Origin: Verrucomicrobiota bacterium | GTDB taxonomy: Bacteria > Verrucomicrobiota > Kiritimatiellia > UBA8416 > JAQBFJ01 | Direction: 5' to 3' | Length of the DNA: 62,270 bases | NCBI GenBank assembly: GCA_032123435.1 | Contig: JAQBFJ010000164.1 | Location: 1-62,270 of the forward strand | Shown here: positions 1-10,286 of the stretch, in pieces | How positions within the stretch are numbered: position 1 is the first letter of the stretch | Layout: every line of letters begins with the position of its first letter | The notes under the pieces: generated by a model | What the model saw: only the letters and a program-made list of their open reading frames with translations | Databases searched by the model: none | Told to the model about the DNA's origin: nothing | Position numbers and translations under genes: made by a program

Positions 1-1
1 C

Positions 2-1552
2 GCTGTTTCGGCCAACATTTCCATTCTGAAAACTCCCACGGTGATGCGGCTGGAAGACGGTTCGTTCTACGGCTTCGAAGGCTGCTGCTGCACCGGCGGC
101 TGTTGCGAGGGCAGTTGCCAGCATGTATGGAACTACGCGTATGCCCTGCCCTTTCTTTTCCCGAAACTGGAACGCTCAATGCGCGAGCTGGAATACAGGT
201 ACAGCCTCGGCGAAGACGGATCGCTGTCGTTCCGCCTGCAATTGCCGGTCGGTCGCGCGCCGTCGGCATTCCGGCCCTGTGCCGATGGACAGTTCGGCAC
301 GGTTATGAAAGTGTACCGTGAATGGAAAATATCAGGTGATAACGTCTGGCTCAAACGGCTATGGCCGTCCATCAAAAAAACCATCGAGTTCGCCTGGGCA
401 CCAACCAATGCCGATCGTTGGGACCCTGAAAAGACGGGCGTATTGTGGGGACGCCAGCATCACACGCTTGACGTGGAACTGTTCGGTCCAAATTCATGGC
501 TCACAGGTTTTTATCTGGGCGCACTGAAAGCGGGGGCGGAAATGGCTGAAAACTGCGGGGAGCCTGATGCGGCCGCGGAGTATCGCCGCATCTTTGCGAA
601 GGGAAAAGAGTGGACCGACCGCCATCTCTTCAACGGCAAGTACTATCACCAGGAGGTGAAATTGAAAGATCGCGCCCAGCTAGAGCAATTCAGCACGAAG
701 GGCCCTGACGGCAAATACGCGGCAGGTGAGGCATACAATGCGTATTGGAACGATGAGCATAAGGAACTGAAATACCAGATCCTGGAAGGATGCGGCATAG
801 ATCAGGTACTGGCCCAATGGCACGCGAATCTGATCGGGCTTGGCGAAATCTTCGATCCCAAACAGACCCGCTCAGCTTTAAGAGCAATCTATAAGAATAA
901 TTATAAGCCTACCATGAGAAATTTTCCCAACTTCTGTCGCCTGTATTGCGTGAACGATGAAGCGGGTACCGTCATGTTTGACTGGCCTGACGGGAAATAC
1001 AAACCCATGGTACCCATGACCTACGCAGAGGAGACCATGCACGGGTTTGAGTATCAGGCCGCTGTTCACATGATCCAGGAAGGCATGGTTAAGGAAGGTC
1101 TGGATGTGGTGAAAGCCGTGCGTGATCGGTACGACGGTGAAAGGAGAAACCCATGGAATGAAATAGAATGCGGCAGTAACTACGCGCGCTCCATGGCAAG
1201 CTACGCCCTGCTTAACGCGTTCAGCGGGTTCTCGTTCGACATGGTGCGCCAGCAAATTGGATTTAAGCCGATAACCACGGTCAATAAGCGTTTCAGATGT
1301 TTCTGGTCGCTGGACTCAGCCTGGGGCGAAATCGATATTAGTCCTGACGGTGCCGCACTTCGAGTGTTATACGGAGATCTGACGATCAGGCGGATTGCCT
1401 TGAATTTATCAGCCAGTGATAACGGCACTTCTGTCACCCTCAAGGGACGCCGTGTTTCGTGTAAACAAACAAAGAACATCATTGATTTCGGCACACCAGT
1501 GACAATTCCAGCGGGCACAACGCTCCGGATAAAAGGAAAGGTAAAGTGTTAG
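2..1552 (+). CDS. Glycoside hydrolase family 116 (non-lysosomal glucosylceramidase/GBA2-like) catalytic domain, 5' partial
   Basis: The frame is open from the window edge. The sequence ...[32 protein letters not shown]... and [22 protein letters not shown] resemble the GH116 (alpha/alpha)6 catalytic domain. Stop at 1552. Confidence 0.8.
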   Translation, partial: AVSANISILKTPTVMRLEDGSFYGFEGCCCTGGCCEGSCQHVWNYAYALPFLFPKLERSMRELEYRYSLGEDGSLSFRLQLPVGRAPSAFRPCADGQFGTVMKVYREWKISGDNVWLKRLWPSIKKTIEFAWAPTNADRWDPEKTGVLWGRQHHTLDVELFGPNSWLTGFYLGALKAGAEMAENCGEPDAAAEYRRIFAKGKEWTDRHLFNGKYYHQEVKLKDRAQLEQFSTKGPDGKYAAGEAYNAYWNDEHKELKYQILEGCGIDQVLAQWHANLIGLGEIFDPKQTRSALRAIYKNNYKPTMRNFPNFCRLYCVNDEAGTVMFDWPDGKYKPMVPMTYAEETMHGFEYQAAVHMIQEGMVKEGLDVVKAVRDRYDGERRNPWNEIECGSNYARSMASYALLNAFSGFSFDMVRQQIGFKPITTVNKRFRCFWSLDSAWGEIDISPDGAALRVLYGDLTIRRIALNLSASDNGTSVTLKGRRVSCKQTKNIIDFGTPVTIPAGTTLRIKGKVKC

Positions 1553-1640
1553 CCCGAATATTGCATGAGAATCAGCAGGAAATAGAGAATTAGGCAGGAT
1601 AACTGGATTAACCCTCAGGGCCCGAAGACAGTATAATAGT

Positions 1641-2303
1641 ATGTTCAAGAAGTTAGTACAAAAGCTCATCAACATGGCGGGTACTCGCAATGTGTTTGAT
1701 CCATCCAGTTTTAACGACCCCATCGCCATGCAGACTAAATGGACTCCAGCGAAAGGCGGCGGCGCAAGTTTCCGAACCCATAAACTGGTGAACATCAATT
1801 CATATCGAATGGAATTCCGCGTATCAGCAGGTGCCGTGGTATTCTATCTTATGTTTCTCTTGATGGGACTCTCTGTAATGATAATTTTCAGCATCGCCAA
1901 CTTCTCGGCGAACGACAAGCCTCCTTTTATTGCCATTATCATGCCGTTGTCAGTGGGTCTTGTCTTCACGATCATAGGAGCCTGCATGCTCTATTTCGGC
2001 ACCGCCCCTATTGTTTTTGACAAGCAAAAGGGATTTTTCTGGAAAGGCCGCAAGGCGCCTGACGAAGTGTTTGACAAAACAACTATAAAGCATTTTACTG
2101 AACTCGAAAACATTCACGCGCTTCAGCTCATTTCTGAATACTGCCGCGGAAATAAGAGTTCATATTACAGTTACGAACTTAATCTGATCTTAAAAGACGG
2201 GAACCGCATCAATGTTGTTGACCACGGAAACCAGAGAAAACTCAAAGAAGACGCTAATACTCTTTCCGCATTTCTGGAGAAACCTGTTTGGGATGCCATA
2301 TAA
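1641..2303 (+). CDS. Hypothetical membrane protein (two predicted TM helices)
   Basis: 220-aa ORF with two hydrophobic stretches (VVFYLMFLLMGLSVMIIFSI and IAIIMPLSVGLVFTIIGACMLYF). No recognisable catalytic motif. Confidence 0.5.
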   Translation: MFKKLVQKLINMAGTRNVFDPSSFNDPIAMQTKWTPAKGGGASFRTHKLVNINSYRMEFRVSAGAVVFYLMFLLMGLSVMIIFSIANFSANDKPPFIAIIMPLSVGLVFTIIGACMLYFGTAPIVFDKQKGFFWKGRKAPDEVFDKTTIKHFTELENIHALQLISEYCRGNKSSYYSYELNLILKDGNRINVVDHGNQRKLKEDANTLSAFLEKPVWDAI

Positions 2304-2393
2304 TTTATTGATTGTGACACTGGATCAACGTGGAGCTGATTTCTCGAAAGCAGAATTCTTGACACAAAGGTATAACAACCCATGGAGGTATAA

Positions 2394-2951
2394 ATGAAAG
2401 CTATAGTGATATGCGGAAGCAGAAATCTTAACGGGCAGACTGCCCAGGCGACCGGGGCCATGCTGAAAGGGCTGACAAATGCCGGCGTTACCACAGAACA
2501 GGTATTTCTGCCTCTTCTAAAAATTGAACGCTGTCGTCAATGTGATGATAATGGCTGGGGGTTGTGTCGGCAGAAAGGCCGTTGCGTGATTGATGATGAC
2601 TTCTTCAGCCTGATCAAAAAAATAAAAGAAGCCGACGCTGTGGTATTTGCCACCCCCGTATACTATTCTGATCTCAGCGAGAGCCTGCGCGCTTTTGCTG
2701 ACCGATTGCGCAGAATATGCACTCATGAAAAAGGCCGCGCGTCAGTAGAAAAAAAGCCCATGATCGGACTGTGTGTTGCCGGCGGAGGCGGAGGCGGCGC
2801 CCCGGCCTGCTGTGTCAGACTGGAAAACGTTATGGCAATATGCGGATTTGACGTTGTTGATATGATCCCTGTTCGACGGCAGAATCTAAATGCAAAATTA
2901 CCCATGCTGGAACAGACCGGACAATTGCTGGCAACAGATCGGCAATCATAA
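2394..2951 (+). CDS. Flavodoxin-fold NAD(P)H-dependent FMN reductase / iron-sulfur flavoprotein-like protein
   Basis: GGAGG Shine-Dalgarno before the ATG. N-terminus MKAIVICGSRNLNGQT, a CRQCDDNGWGLC cysteine motif, and AVVFATPVYYSDLSESLRAF typical of the NADPH-dependent FMN reductase fold. Confidence 0.7.
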   Translation: MKAIVICGSRNLNGQTAQATGAMLKGLTNAGVTTEQVFLPLLKIERCRQCDDNGWGLCRQKGRCVIDDDFFSLIKKIKEADAVVFATPVYYSDLSESLRAFADRLRRICTHEKGRASVEKKPMIGLCVAGGGGGGAPACCVRLENVMAICGFDVVDMIPVRRQNLNAKLPMLEQTGQLLATDRQS

Positions 2952-2974
2952 CAACATTAACATGAAGAATATTC

Positions 2975-3691
2975 ATGAAACATTTGTTCAACAAATTGTT
3001 TAAGAGCCAACAGAAACACCCCCTTTCAAGCGGCAATCCATATAAGGCCATTTCAGCACTTCTTCGGAAACAGAGCGTAAGCGGCATACTGGATGCCGGC
3101 GCGAGCACTGGAAGAGTTTCCCTCAGATTTCTGCAATACTTTCCTCATGCCGAGGTCTATGCTTTTGAAGCTAACTCCGCTTATGCCGACACCTTACACT
3201 CTCTTGCGGCTGAGGACCCGCGTATTCACCCTCAAATCCTTGCCCTTTCAGACCGTGAAGAAGAGGTGGAATTCAACATCATGCGGTCACGGGGCGTATG
3301 CTCCCTGTTTAAACCTGGTTCAAAAATGAAATCGGAATATCCGGAGGAAACATCTGATCTCAAGATCGAAAAGATTAAGGCTGTTACTCTTGATTCATGG
3401 CGAGAACAGAACGGGAACCCGCCAATACAATTAATGAAGTTCGACATTCAAGGCGCGGAGCTTAAAGCTCTGCGCGGCGCGCGGGACACTGTTAAAGAAA
3501 CTGTTCTGCTTATCTATACCGAAGTCTTTTTCAATCCGTTATATGATGGAGGAACGACATTCAGTGAAATAGACACATTCCTCCGGGATCTGAAGTTTTC
3601 CATTTTCAACATTTTCAAGGCAAGATTATCTGCCGACGGCAGTCTTTTGCAGGCAAACGTGGTTTTTGTCAGCGATAAGCTCTGTATTTAA
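2975..3691 (+). CDS. FkbM family methyltransferase
   Basis: SAM-binding region ILDAGASTGRVSL, KFDIQGAELKAL and LIYTEV blocks characteristic of FkbM-type methyltransferases. Confidence 0.75.
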   Translation: MKHLFNKLFKSQQKHPLSSGNPYKAISALLRKQSVSGILDAGASTGRVSLRFLQYFPHAEVYAFEANSAYADTLHSLAAEDPRIHPQILALSDREEEVEFNIMRSRGVCSLFKPGSKMKSEYPEETSDLKIEKIKAVTLDSWREQNGNPPIQLMKFDIQGAELKALRGARDTVKETVLLIYTEVFFNPLYDGGTTFSEIDTFLRDLKFSIFNIFKARLSADGSLLQANVVFVSDKLCI

Positions 3692-4052
3692 TTGCATCCG
3701 GCTTCTGCCATGTGGATAGAACATATGTCAGTCATGAAAGAAGATACAGTGCATGAAAAAGACAATGGAAACAAATCCAATGTTGTTCGCATATTCGCTG
3801 CAATAGCGCTAGCCCGCATATTTCATGGAGAATCGCATGCGTGTGGGATAAGACATTGTAAAACAAAGACTTTATTCAGTGCTTAGAGATTGATTGGTAA
3901 ATACAGTTTGTAATATGGTTTCAGGAAAGAAAAAAGGCATGCAATTCTTCACCGGAGGCGAGCCCGTGCCGGCCGGCCGGGCACACCGTAATCGCCGCTT
4001 GCTCATTAATTTCAACAGCTTTATATTCTCTATATGAAGGAGTCATGCGCTT

Positions 4053-6869
4053 ATGGCGGCTAAGTTACATTTTCTTGACTGGAACATGCCCATAACGGCT
4101 AAAACAGCCGAATTCCTGCTGGCGCCAATGATACGCGCTGATAAACACAATGTTGACCTGGAGAATACCATAATTATTGTGCCTACCAGACAGGCAGGCA
4201 GACATCTCCACGAAACAATGGCTTCATACTGTGCCGAACATGACACCGCGCTTCTTTCGGTTCGTACCGAGGAACCGGGTTTCTTCTTTCGCACCGGCGA
4301 AATAACCGCCGACGAACCATCACCCGTAATGCTTAAAATGTTATGGGCTGAAGTATTGAACAGTATAAATCCCGTTGATTACCCGAACTTTTTTCCAGCA
4401 CCAGGGAAAGAACAGGATTTTTCATGGGCCATACGCATGGGTGAAATGATCCAACGTCTGCGCGCAACTCTGGCTGACGGCGGATATCTCATATCAACCG
4501 TTGTAAACAGCGGCATAACATTTGAAGAGACCGAACGTTGGTCGGATATGGCTGAATTGGAAAAACTATATCAGGAGCAACTCAACAAAATGGGGCTGAC
4601 CGATCCGTGTATTGCCAAGATTTCACGCGCTGATCATCCTGAATTGCCTGAAGGAATCACCCGGATCGTGATGGCCGCTGTGCCTGATCCGAGCCTGTTG
4701 ACTATCCGGGCGTTGAAACAACTGGCGGCAACGATTGATATAGATATTCTTGTGCATGCGCCGGAATCAATGGCAAACAGTTTTGATGAATGGGGCCGGC
4801 CCATGCCGGAAAAGTGGCCGGATATGAAAATCGATATTTCGGACGCAAATATAGTTCTTGCCGGTTCGCCGCGTGAACAAAGTCGCCATGTGATAGAAGA
4901 AATAGCAAAGGATAGCCACACACTGGGTCCGGCAGATATAGCAATCTGTGTTCCGGACGGCAATAGAACCATTGTGCCATATCTGAAGGCGGATCTGGCC
5001 GAACATGGATTACCGGCATTTGATCCTGCCGATAAAGCCCTGAAGGATCATCCCGCCTGCAGGCTGATAGAATCATTTTGCGACTTTGCAATCAGCAGAA
5101 CATACAAGGCATTCGGCACTTTTCTGCGACATCCGGATATTCTCTGCTATCTGGAATCCGCCATGGATCTGTCTAATTCATCCCTGCTTACGGAGTTTGA
5201 TGAATACCAAAAAGAGCATCTGCCATCATCTTTCGATGAAATCATGCTGAACAGCAATATCAGGAACAACAGGTTTACAAATCTGATAAAAGCCGCTGAT
5301 TTCATAATTGAACAACTTTCACTGTTCGACAAGAATACCCTTGTCGATTCCATCCGTTCTTTTTGCCAGACCATATACAGCGTGCGTACAATTAACACGA
5401 ACGAACCTGACGACAACGAGTTCCAGTCCGCCGTAGAACGAATTAACACTGTTCTGGAAGAATTTGCCGCCATACCCGACTGCCGCGAAAAACTCGACAG
5501 GAAATCCATGTTGATATTGTTCAAGCGCAGGTTGTACGAACAAAAATATCATCGCAATAGAGATGACACTGCAATAGATCTGGAAGGCTGGCTTGAACTG
5601 CCGTGGAACTCCGCCAAACTTTTCATAATCACCGGAATGAACGAGGGAATCGTACCAGCCAGTCGAACTGGAGATGTCTTCCTGCCTGACTCAATGCGGT
5701 CCAAACTGGGGTTGCGCGATAATGCCGGCCGATTCGCCAGAGACATTTTTCTGACCCGCGGCTTTCTGGAATCGCATAAGAAGAACGGACGCGTATGTTT
5801 TATCGTCGGCAAAACCAGCGGCACGGGCGATCCGCTGAAACCATCACGCATCCTGTTCAGGTGTAATGATGCCGACCTGCCGGCCCGTGCCGACAAATTA
5901 TTCAGCCCTATCATTGAAAACTGGTTCGCTCCTCCATCAACAATAACTTTCAAGCTGGACCCCCAAGCGCCGGATGACGTACCCGCCAATCTGCTGACAC
6001 CTAACACTATTTCCGTAACCAAATTTCGGGATTATCTAATGTGCCCATTCAGGTTCTACTTAAAACATATTCTCAAAATGGATCCTTTTGATTCCGAAAA
6101 AAGCAGCATGGACGCGCTGGAATTCGGATCAATGGTACACGCGGCGTTAAAAGCAATGGCGGATACACCCGAAATGGCGCGCTCCGAAAATGAAACCGAA
6201 TTAGCCGCTTTTCTGGGTTCGCACGCGGAAGAATGGGTTAATAAAAAGCTGGGCACAACACCTTCCCTGCCCGCAATCATCGCTCTGAATGCCGCAAAAC
6301 AACGCCTGCGCGGCGTCGCACACCATCAGGTGGAATTGACACGAAACGGATGGGAAATTATTCAATCTGAACAGAAATTCAGCGCCGAACTGAATGGCAT
6401 GAAAATCAACGGCATTATTGACAGGATTGATCGTCATCAGGACAGCGGCATAATAAGAATCATCGATTATAAAACTTCCGACAAATCCAACACACCCGAA
6501 AAACAACACCTGGAAAACTGCCGACCCGATACACGCGATTTCACTAAAATCAGTGTTAACAGCAAGGTGAAACGATGGGCAGATCTTCAACTGCCTCTTT
6601 ACGTTTTCCTGTTTCAACAGAAGGAAGCACAGCACAAGTCCGTAGCGCCGGCTTATTTCAACCTGCCTAAAGCGGTCAGTGATACAAGTTTGGATATATG
6701 GGAAGAGTTTACTGATGCTCTTCTGGAATCAGCCGTAGCGTGCGCCGAGAATATAATAGCCGGAATCCGTGAACAAAGGTTCTGGCCGCCTGCCGAACGG
6801 GTAAGTTATGACGATTTCGAAAATTTATTTATAAATGATTACAGGAAAACAATAAATGAAATGCGTTAA
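4053..6869 (+). CDS. PD-(D/E)XK nuclease family protein, AddB-like subunit of a helicase-nuclease
   Basis: 938 aa. C-terminal RecB-type nuclease motifs (FGSMVHAAL, IRIIDYKTSDKS, LQLPLYVFL). The N-terminal P-loop position is degenerate (IIIVPTRQAGRHL). Sits 14 bp upstream of the AddA-like gene. Confidence 0.8.
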   Translation: MAAKLHFLDWNMPITAKTAEFLLAPMIRADKHNVDLENTIIIVPTRQAGRHLHETMASYCAEHDTALLSVRTEEPGFFFRTGEITADEPSPVMLKMLWAEVLNSINPVDYPNFFPAPGKEQDFSWAIRMGEMIQRLRATLADGGYLISTVVNSGITFEETERWSDMAELEKLYQEQLNKMGLTDPCIAKISRADHPELPEGITRIVMAAVPDPSLLTIRALKQLAATIDIDILVHAPESMANSFDEWGRPMPEKWPDMKIDISDANIVLAGSPREQSRHVIEEIAKDSHTLGPADIAICVPDGNRTIVPYLKADLAEHGLPAFDPADKALKDHPACRLIESFCDFAISRTYKAFGTFLRHPDILCYLESAMDLSNSSLLTEFDEYQKEHLPSSFDEIMLNSNIRNNRFTNLIKAADFIIEQLSLFDKNTLVDSIRSFCQTIYSVRTINTNEPDDNEFQSAVERINTVLEEFAAIPDCREKLDRKSMLILFKRRLYEQKYHRNRDDTAIDLEGWLELPWNSAKLFIITGMNEGIVPASRTGDVFLPDSMRSKLGLRDNAGRFARDIFLTRGFLESHKKNGRVCFIVGKTSGTGDPLKPSRILFRCNDADLPARADKLFSPIIENWFAPPSTITFKLDPQAPDDVPANLLTPNTISVTKFRDYLMCPFRFYLKHILKMDPFDSEKSSMDALEFGSMVHAALKAMADTPEMARSENETELAAFLGSHAEEWVNKKLGTTPSLPAIIALNAAKQRLRGVAHHQVELTRNGWEIIQSEQKFSAELNGMKINGIIDRIDRHQDSGIIRIIDYKTSDKSNTPEKQHLENCRPDTRDFTKISVNSKVKRWADLQLPLYVFLFQQKEAQHKSVAPAYFNLPKAVSDTSLDIWEEFTDALLESAVACAENIIAGIREQRFWPPAERVSYDDFENLFINDYRKTINEMR

Positions 6870-6883
6870 GCTGGATTTGCCGC

Positions 6884-9800
6884 ATGAATAAAGGGCATAA
6901 GAACAATACAACCGGAAACAATCCTGACCATATTGCCATATCGGCATCCGCAGGTTCAGGCAAGACATTCCAGCTTGCGCACCGTTATATACGACTTCTC
7001 GCGGATCATGTCTCGCCCGACCGCATAAGCGCCCTCACTTTCTCGCGCATGGCGGCTGGCGAAATTTTTGAATCCATAGTCAAGAATCTGGCCAACTCGG
7101 CGTCCTGCGTGAATAATGCCGATAAAACAGCAAAACTTATCGGCAAATCTGGAATGAACAAGGATGCATTCCTGTCGCTTCTCCGTATTTTCGTCGACAA
7201 CATGCATCGCATGCATATAGGCACACTCGACAGCTTCATTGTGGGTGTAGCACGCGCGTTTCCAACAGAACTTGGAATTCCGGTAGATTTCCAGATGTTC
7301 GATGACTCAAACAAGGGCGCCAATGACATGAAACAGGAAGTTTTGAACGTAATACTTGACTCCCGTTTCGCAAACAAGAATGACCAAAACAGGTTCCTTG
7401 AAGCGTTCCAATTGGCTACTTTTGGTGCTGGAGAAAAAAATTCCAATACTCTGATCAATGAATTCATCGACACACTCAGGCAACCGTTCATTGAACTGCC
7501 CGATGAAAACGCGTGGGGCAATGAGAAAAGAATATGGCCTGATAACTCACCGCTGTCCGCAAAGATGCAACAGCCCGGCAATGCCACGAAAAAACTGATC
7601 AGTTGGCTTGATTCCGCCCCCTACCCCAAACAGATGATCGCAAGCCTGAATAAAATAATAAGATTCGCGGGCGGCTATGACGAATATTCCCGGTGGGACA
7701 ACAACATGGATACCAATATCGTGTTTGACAGGCTCCTTGCTCACATGGAAGATCTTAAGAACGGATCCGCTATTATTGCCTATGGCAAAAAGGAATTCAG
7801 CATTACCGGCAATGAAGGCAGGATATTGTACCAGCTTCTTAATCACATAATGGGCATAGAACTGAATCGATCTGTTCAACAATCCCGAGGACTGTTCCGC
7901 ATACTTGCTCAATACGAAGCCCTGTACAGCATGATGACACGGCTGACCGGCAAACTGACATTTACCGATGCCCAGCATCTGCTCACACGATCCAGCCCAT
8001 ACGGCACTGGAAATGTCCTGAGTCGCCTGCCGCAGACTGAAGGCAGACTTTACATAGATTACCGGCTGGACTGCCAACTTGATCACTGGCTCCTTGATGA
8101 ATTCCAGGATACAAGCAACCTGCAATGGGCAGTTCTTCACAATCTGGTTGATGAAATAATGCAGGATAACAGTGGTCAGCGCAGTTTTTTCTATGTTGGT
8201 GACATCAAGCAGGCCATTTACAGATGGCGCGGCGGAAACCACAGATTATTCAGTAACGTATTGAACAAATATCCAACCCTTATCAAACAGATTCCACTTA
8301 ACCGTTCATATCGTTCATGTCAGCCTGTAATAGATACAGTCAACCTTGTATTCGAAGATTTAACCGGAACCGGCCTGCCGACCGGCGCGATAGATGAATG
8401 GCAGGAGGCATGGCGAAAACATCAAATTGAGCCAGATCATGTACCTGAAGACGGATACGCGACACTTATTGAACCAATCCCTACAGACGAGAATAAGAAA
8501 CCAAACAACATTGACCGCTATAAGGCTGTTGCGTCCATATTGCGCGAAATTGATCCAACCGAACGCAAACTTTCAACGGCTGTCCTTGTACGCGGGAATG
8601 ATGCAGGCAAGGAAGCGGTTGATGTGCTTAGACGCGAATGTCCCGGCATGCCGGTGGTTCATGAAGGAAAAGCCGCCATAAAGGATAATCCGGTTGTACA
8701 GAGCATGCTTTCCCTGATCAAGTATGCGGCGCATCCGGGCGACATGTTCGCATGGCGCCACTTGCAGATGAGTCCGTTAAAACAATGCGTTATAAATGCC
8801 GGACTGGACCGTAAAGCTCTGCCCAAAGCGCTTCTCAAAGAAATACAACTGCACGGCTGGCAGGAGTTCATACGCAACTGGGGCGCACGACTTGATAACT
8901 GCGCGCGATTTGACGAATTCGGCCGCAAGAGGCTGGCCGACCTTGTTGCCGCCGCATCTGAATTTGATATGACCGGCAACCCGGACTGCAATGCTTTTTT
9001 GCGTTTTATTGACAACTATGACACACATGATCTTGCCGCCCATAACGCCATACGGGTAATGACAATACACCAGGCAAAAGGGCTTGGTTTCGACATTGTT
9101 ATTCTGCCCGATCTCATGGACAAGAAACAAAACATGACAAAAAGCACGCCTGAAATAATCATCAGTCCAGACGGAACATCAAGTTGGGCTCTTAAAATGC
9201 CGCGTAGAATCATTGCGGAATATGACCCCGTTCTATCGACAAAATTGCTCAAGGCTGATCAGGAATCCTGTTTTGACGAATTATGCGTTTTGTATGTCGC
9301 CATGACCCGTGCAAAACACGCGTTATACATGGTTACAAGTTATCCGGGAGACAATGCAAAAACCATTACACCCGCGACACTTCTTAAACTGCGTTTATGC
9401 GGAGCAACAAAAGATCTCAAAGGTTCAACAACATCCATTGGCGGCAGTGACTATACAAAAGCCTATGAAACAGGTACCCGCGAATGGTTCAAGAATATAC
9501 CTGCTGTCGACCAGGCTGACCGGCTGGGCCGTGAAACAGCTTTGCTAACAGCCGGATTTCCGGCCAAGCCTTCGACCCGCAAAAGGCTCGAGCACATTGA
9601 ACCATCCCAAACAGAAAACTTCGAGGGTAACGCTTCGCTTCTTTTCAAAGCCGAATCGGGCAAGATACGGGATTTCGGTCTGGCCGTTCACGCGCTTTTT
9701 GAACAGGTCGAATGGATTGAAAATGCCGATATGGAAAAGATTATTCAAGACTGGCAGAATGCATCACACGATTCGGCCGATGTAAAGAAGGACGCATGCA

Positions 9801-10177
9801 GACAGTTCGTTAATTCCATAAACACACCGGAAGTAATATCAGCTCTTTCCAAACCATTGCTGAAAAACGGCAGTGTCGAACTATGGCGTGAAAAAAAGTT
9901 TGAGCTAATAAAGGACGGTAAACTTATTTCAGGCACATTTGACCGGGTAACAATCATCAGGAATTCCGCCGGCAAGTCTGTCAGTGCCGTTATACTTGAT
10001 TACAAAAGTGTCATCGTTTCCACTGAAGAGCAAATGACCCAGCGAACTGTCAGGCACAGGTCGCAAATGTCTATTTATCGTGACGCGCTTTCGCAGATTC
10101 TACAGTTGCCCAAATCGGAAATTTCAGTGCAAATCCTGTTTACCAGGACCGGCGCTGTCCGGCCCGTTATGTTCTGA
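6884..10177 (+). CDS. UvrD/REP superfamily-1 helicase with C-terminal RecB-type nuclease, AddA-like
   Basis: Walker A SASAGSGKTFQL, motif II LLDEFQDTS, VGDIKQAIYRWRGG, TIHQAKGLGFDIVIL, LYVAMTRAKHALY. C-terminal nuclease motifs AVILDYKSV and QMSIYRDAL. Confidence 0.85.
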   Translation: MNKGHKNNTTGNNPDHIAISASAGSGKTFQLAHRYIRLLADHVSPDRISALTFSRMAAGEIFESIVKNLANSASCVNNADKTAKLIGKSGMNKDAFLSLLRIFVDNMHRMHIGTLDSFIVGVARAFPTELGIPVDFQMFDDSNKGANDMKQEVLNVILDSRFANKNDQNRFLEAFQLATFGAGEKNSNTLINEFIDTLRQPFIELPDENAWGNEKRIWPDNSPLSAKMQQPGNATKKLISWLDSAPYPKQMIASLNKIIRFAGGYDEYSRWDNNMDTNIVFDRLLAHMEDLKNGSAIIAYGKKEFSITGNEGRILYQLLNHIMGIELNRSVQQSRGLFRILAQYEALYSMMTRLTGKLTFTDAQHLLTRSSPYGTGNVLSRLPQTEGRLYIDYRLDCQLDHWLLDEFQDTSNLQWAVLHNLVDEIMQDNSGQRSFFYVGDIKQAIYRWRGGNHRLFSNVLNKYPTLIKQIPLNRSYRSCQPVIDTVNLVFEDLTGTGLPTGAIDEWQEAWRKHQIEPDHVPEDGYATLIEPIPTDENKKPNNIDRYKAVASILREIDPTERKLSTAVLVRGNDAGKEAVDVLRRECPGMPVVHEGKAAIKDNPVVQSMLSLIKYAAHPGDMFAWRHLQMSPLKQCVINAGLDRKALPKALLKEIQLHGWQEFIRNWGARLDNCARFDEFGRKRLADLVAAASEFDMTGNPDCNAFLRFIDNYDTHDLAAHNAIRVMTIHQAKGLGFDIVILPDLMDKKQNMTKSTPEIIISPDGTSSWALKMPRRIIAEYDPVLSTKLLKADQESCFDELCVLYVAMTRAKHALYMVTSYPGDNAKTITPATLLKLRLCGATKDLKGSTTSIGGSDYTKAYETGTREWFKNIPAVDQADRLGRETALLTAGFPAKPSTRKRLEHIEPSQTENFEGNASLLFKAESGKIRDFGLAVHALFEQVEWIENADMEKIIQDWQNASHDSADVKKDACRQFVNSINTPEVISALSKPLLKNGSVELWREKKFELIKDGKLISGTFDRVTIIRNSAGKSVSAVILDYKSVIVSTEEQMTQRTVRHRSQMSIYRDALSQILQLPKSEISVQILFTRTGAVRPVMF

Positions 10178-10286
10178 GCGCAATAACGCCCTTAATTCAG
10201 GCTAAATAAACATTTGCAAGAATCATCATTCATGATTAACATACTTGTCTTGTCCGGTATGTATTCAATATTAACAGGAGATTAAA

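Noticed and set aside
3692-3886. 64-aa ORF in the 360-bp gap between the FkbM gene and the AddB-like gene, and a GC-rich imperfect hairpin near 3966-3985
   Set aside because: The ORF has a TTG start, no Shine-Dalgarno and no motifs. The hairpin arms are offset by one base, and there is no adjacent gene end it would terminate.
7547-8242. 231-aa antisense ORF inside the AddA-like gene, and similar long antisense ORFs at 25449-26111, 29025-29597, 32270-33073, 51497-52060 and 53412-53993
   Set aside because: Each is fully embedded opposite a CDS with strong family motifs. None has a recognisable domain, Shine-Dalgarno or sensible composition. They are treated as shadow ORFs.
4053-10177. PD-(D/E)XK nuclease plus UvrD-type helicase pair as a possible anti-phage defence system
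   Set aside because: Both proteins have the size, order and C-terminal RecB-nuclease motifs of the housekeeping AddAB/RexAB recombination complex. No neighbouring defence, methylase or mobile genes are present. The AddB-like degenerate P-loop is normal for many AddB proteins.
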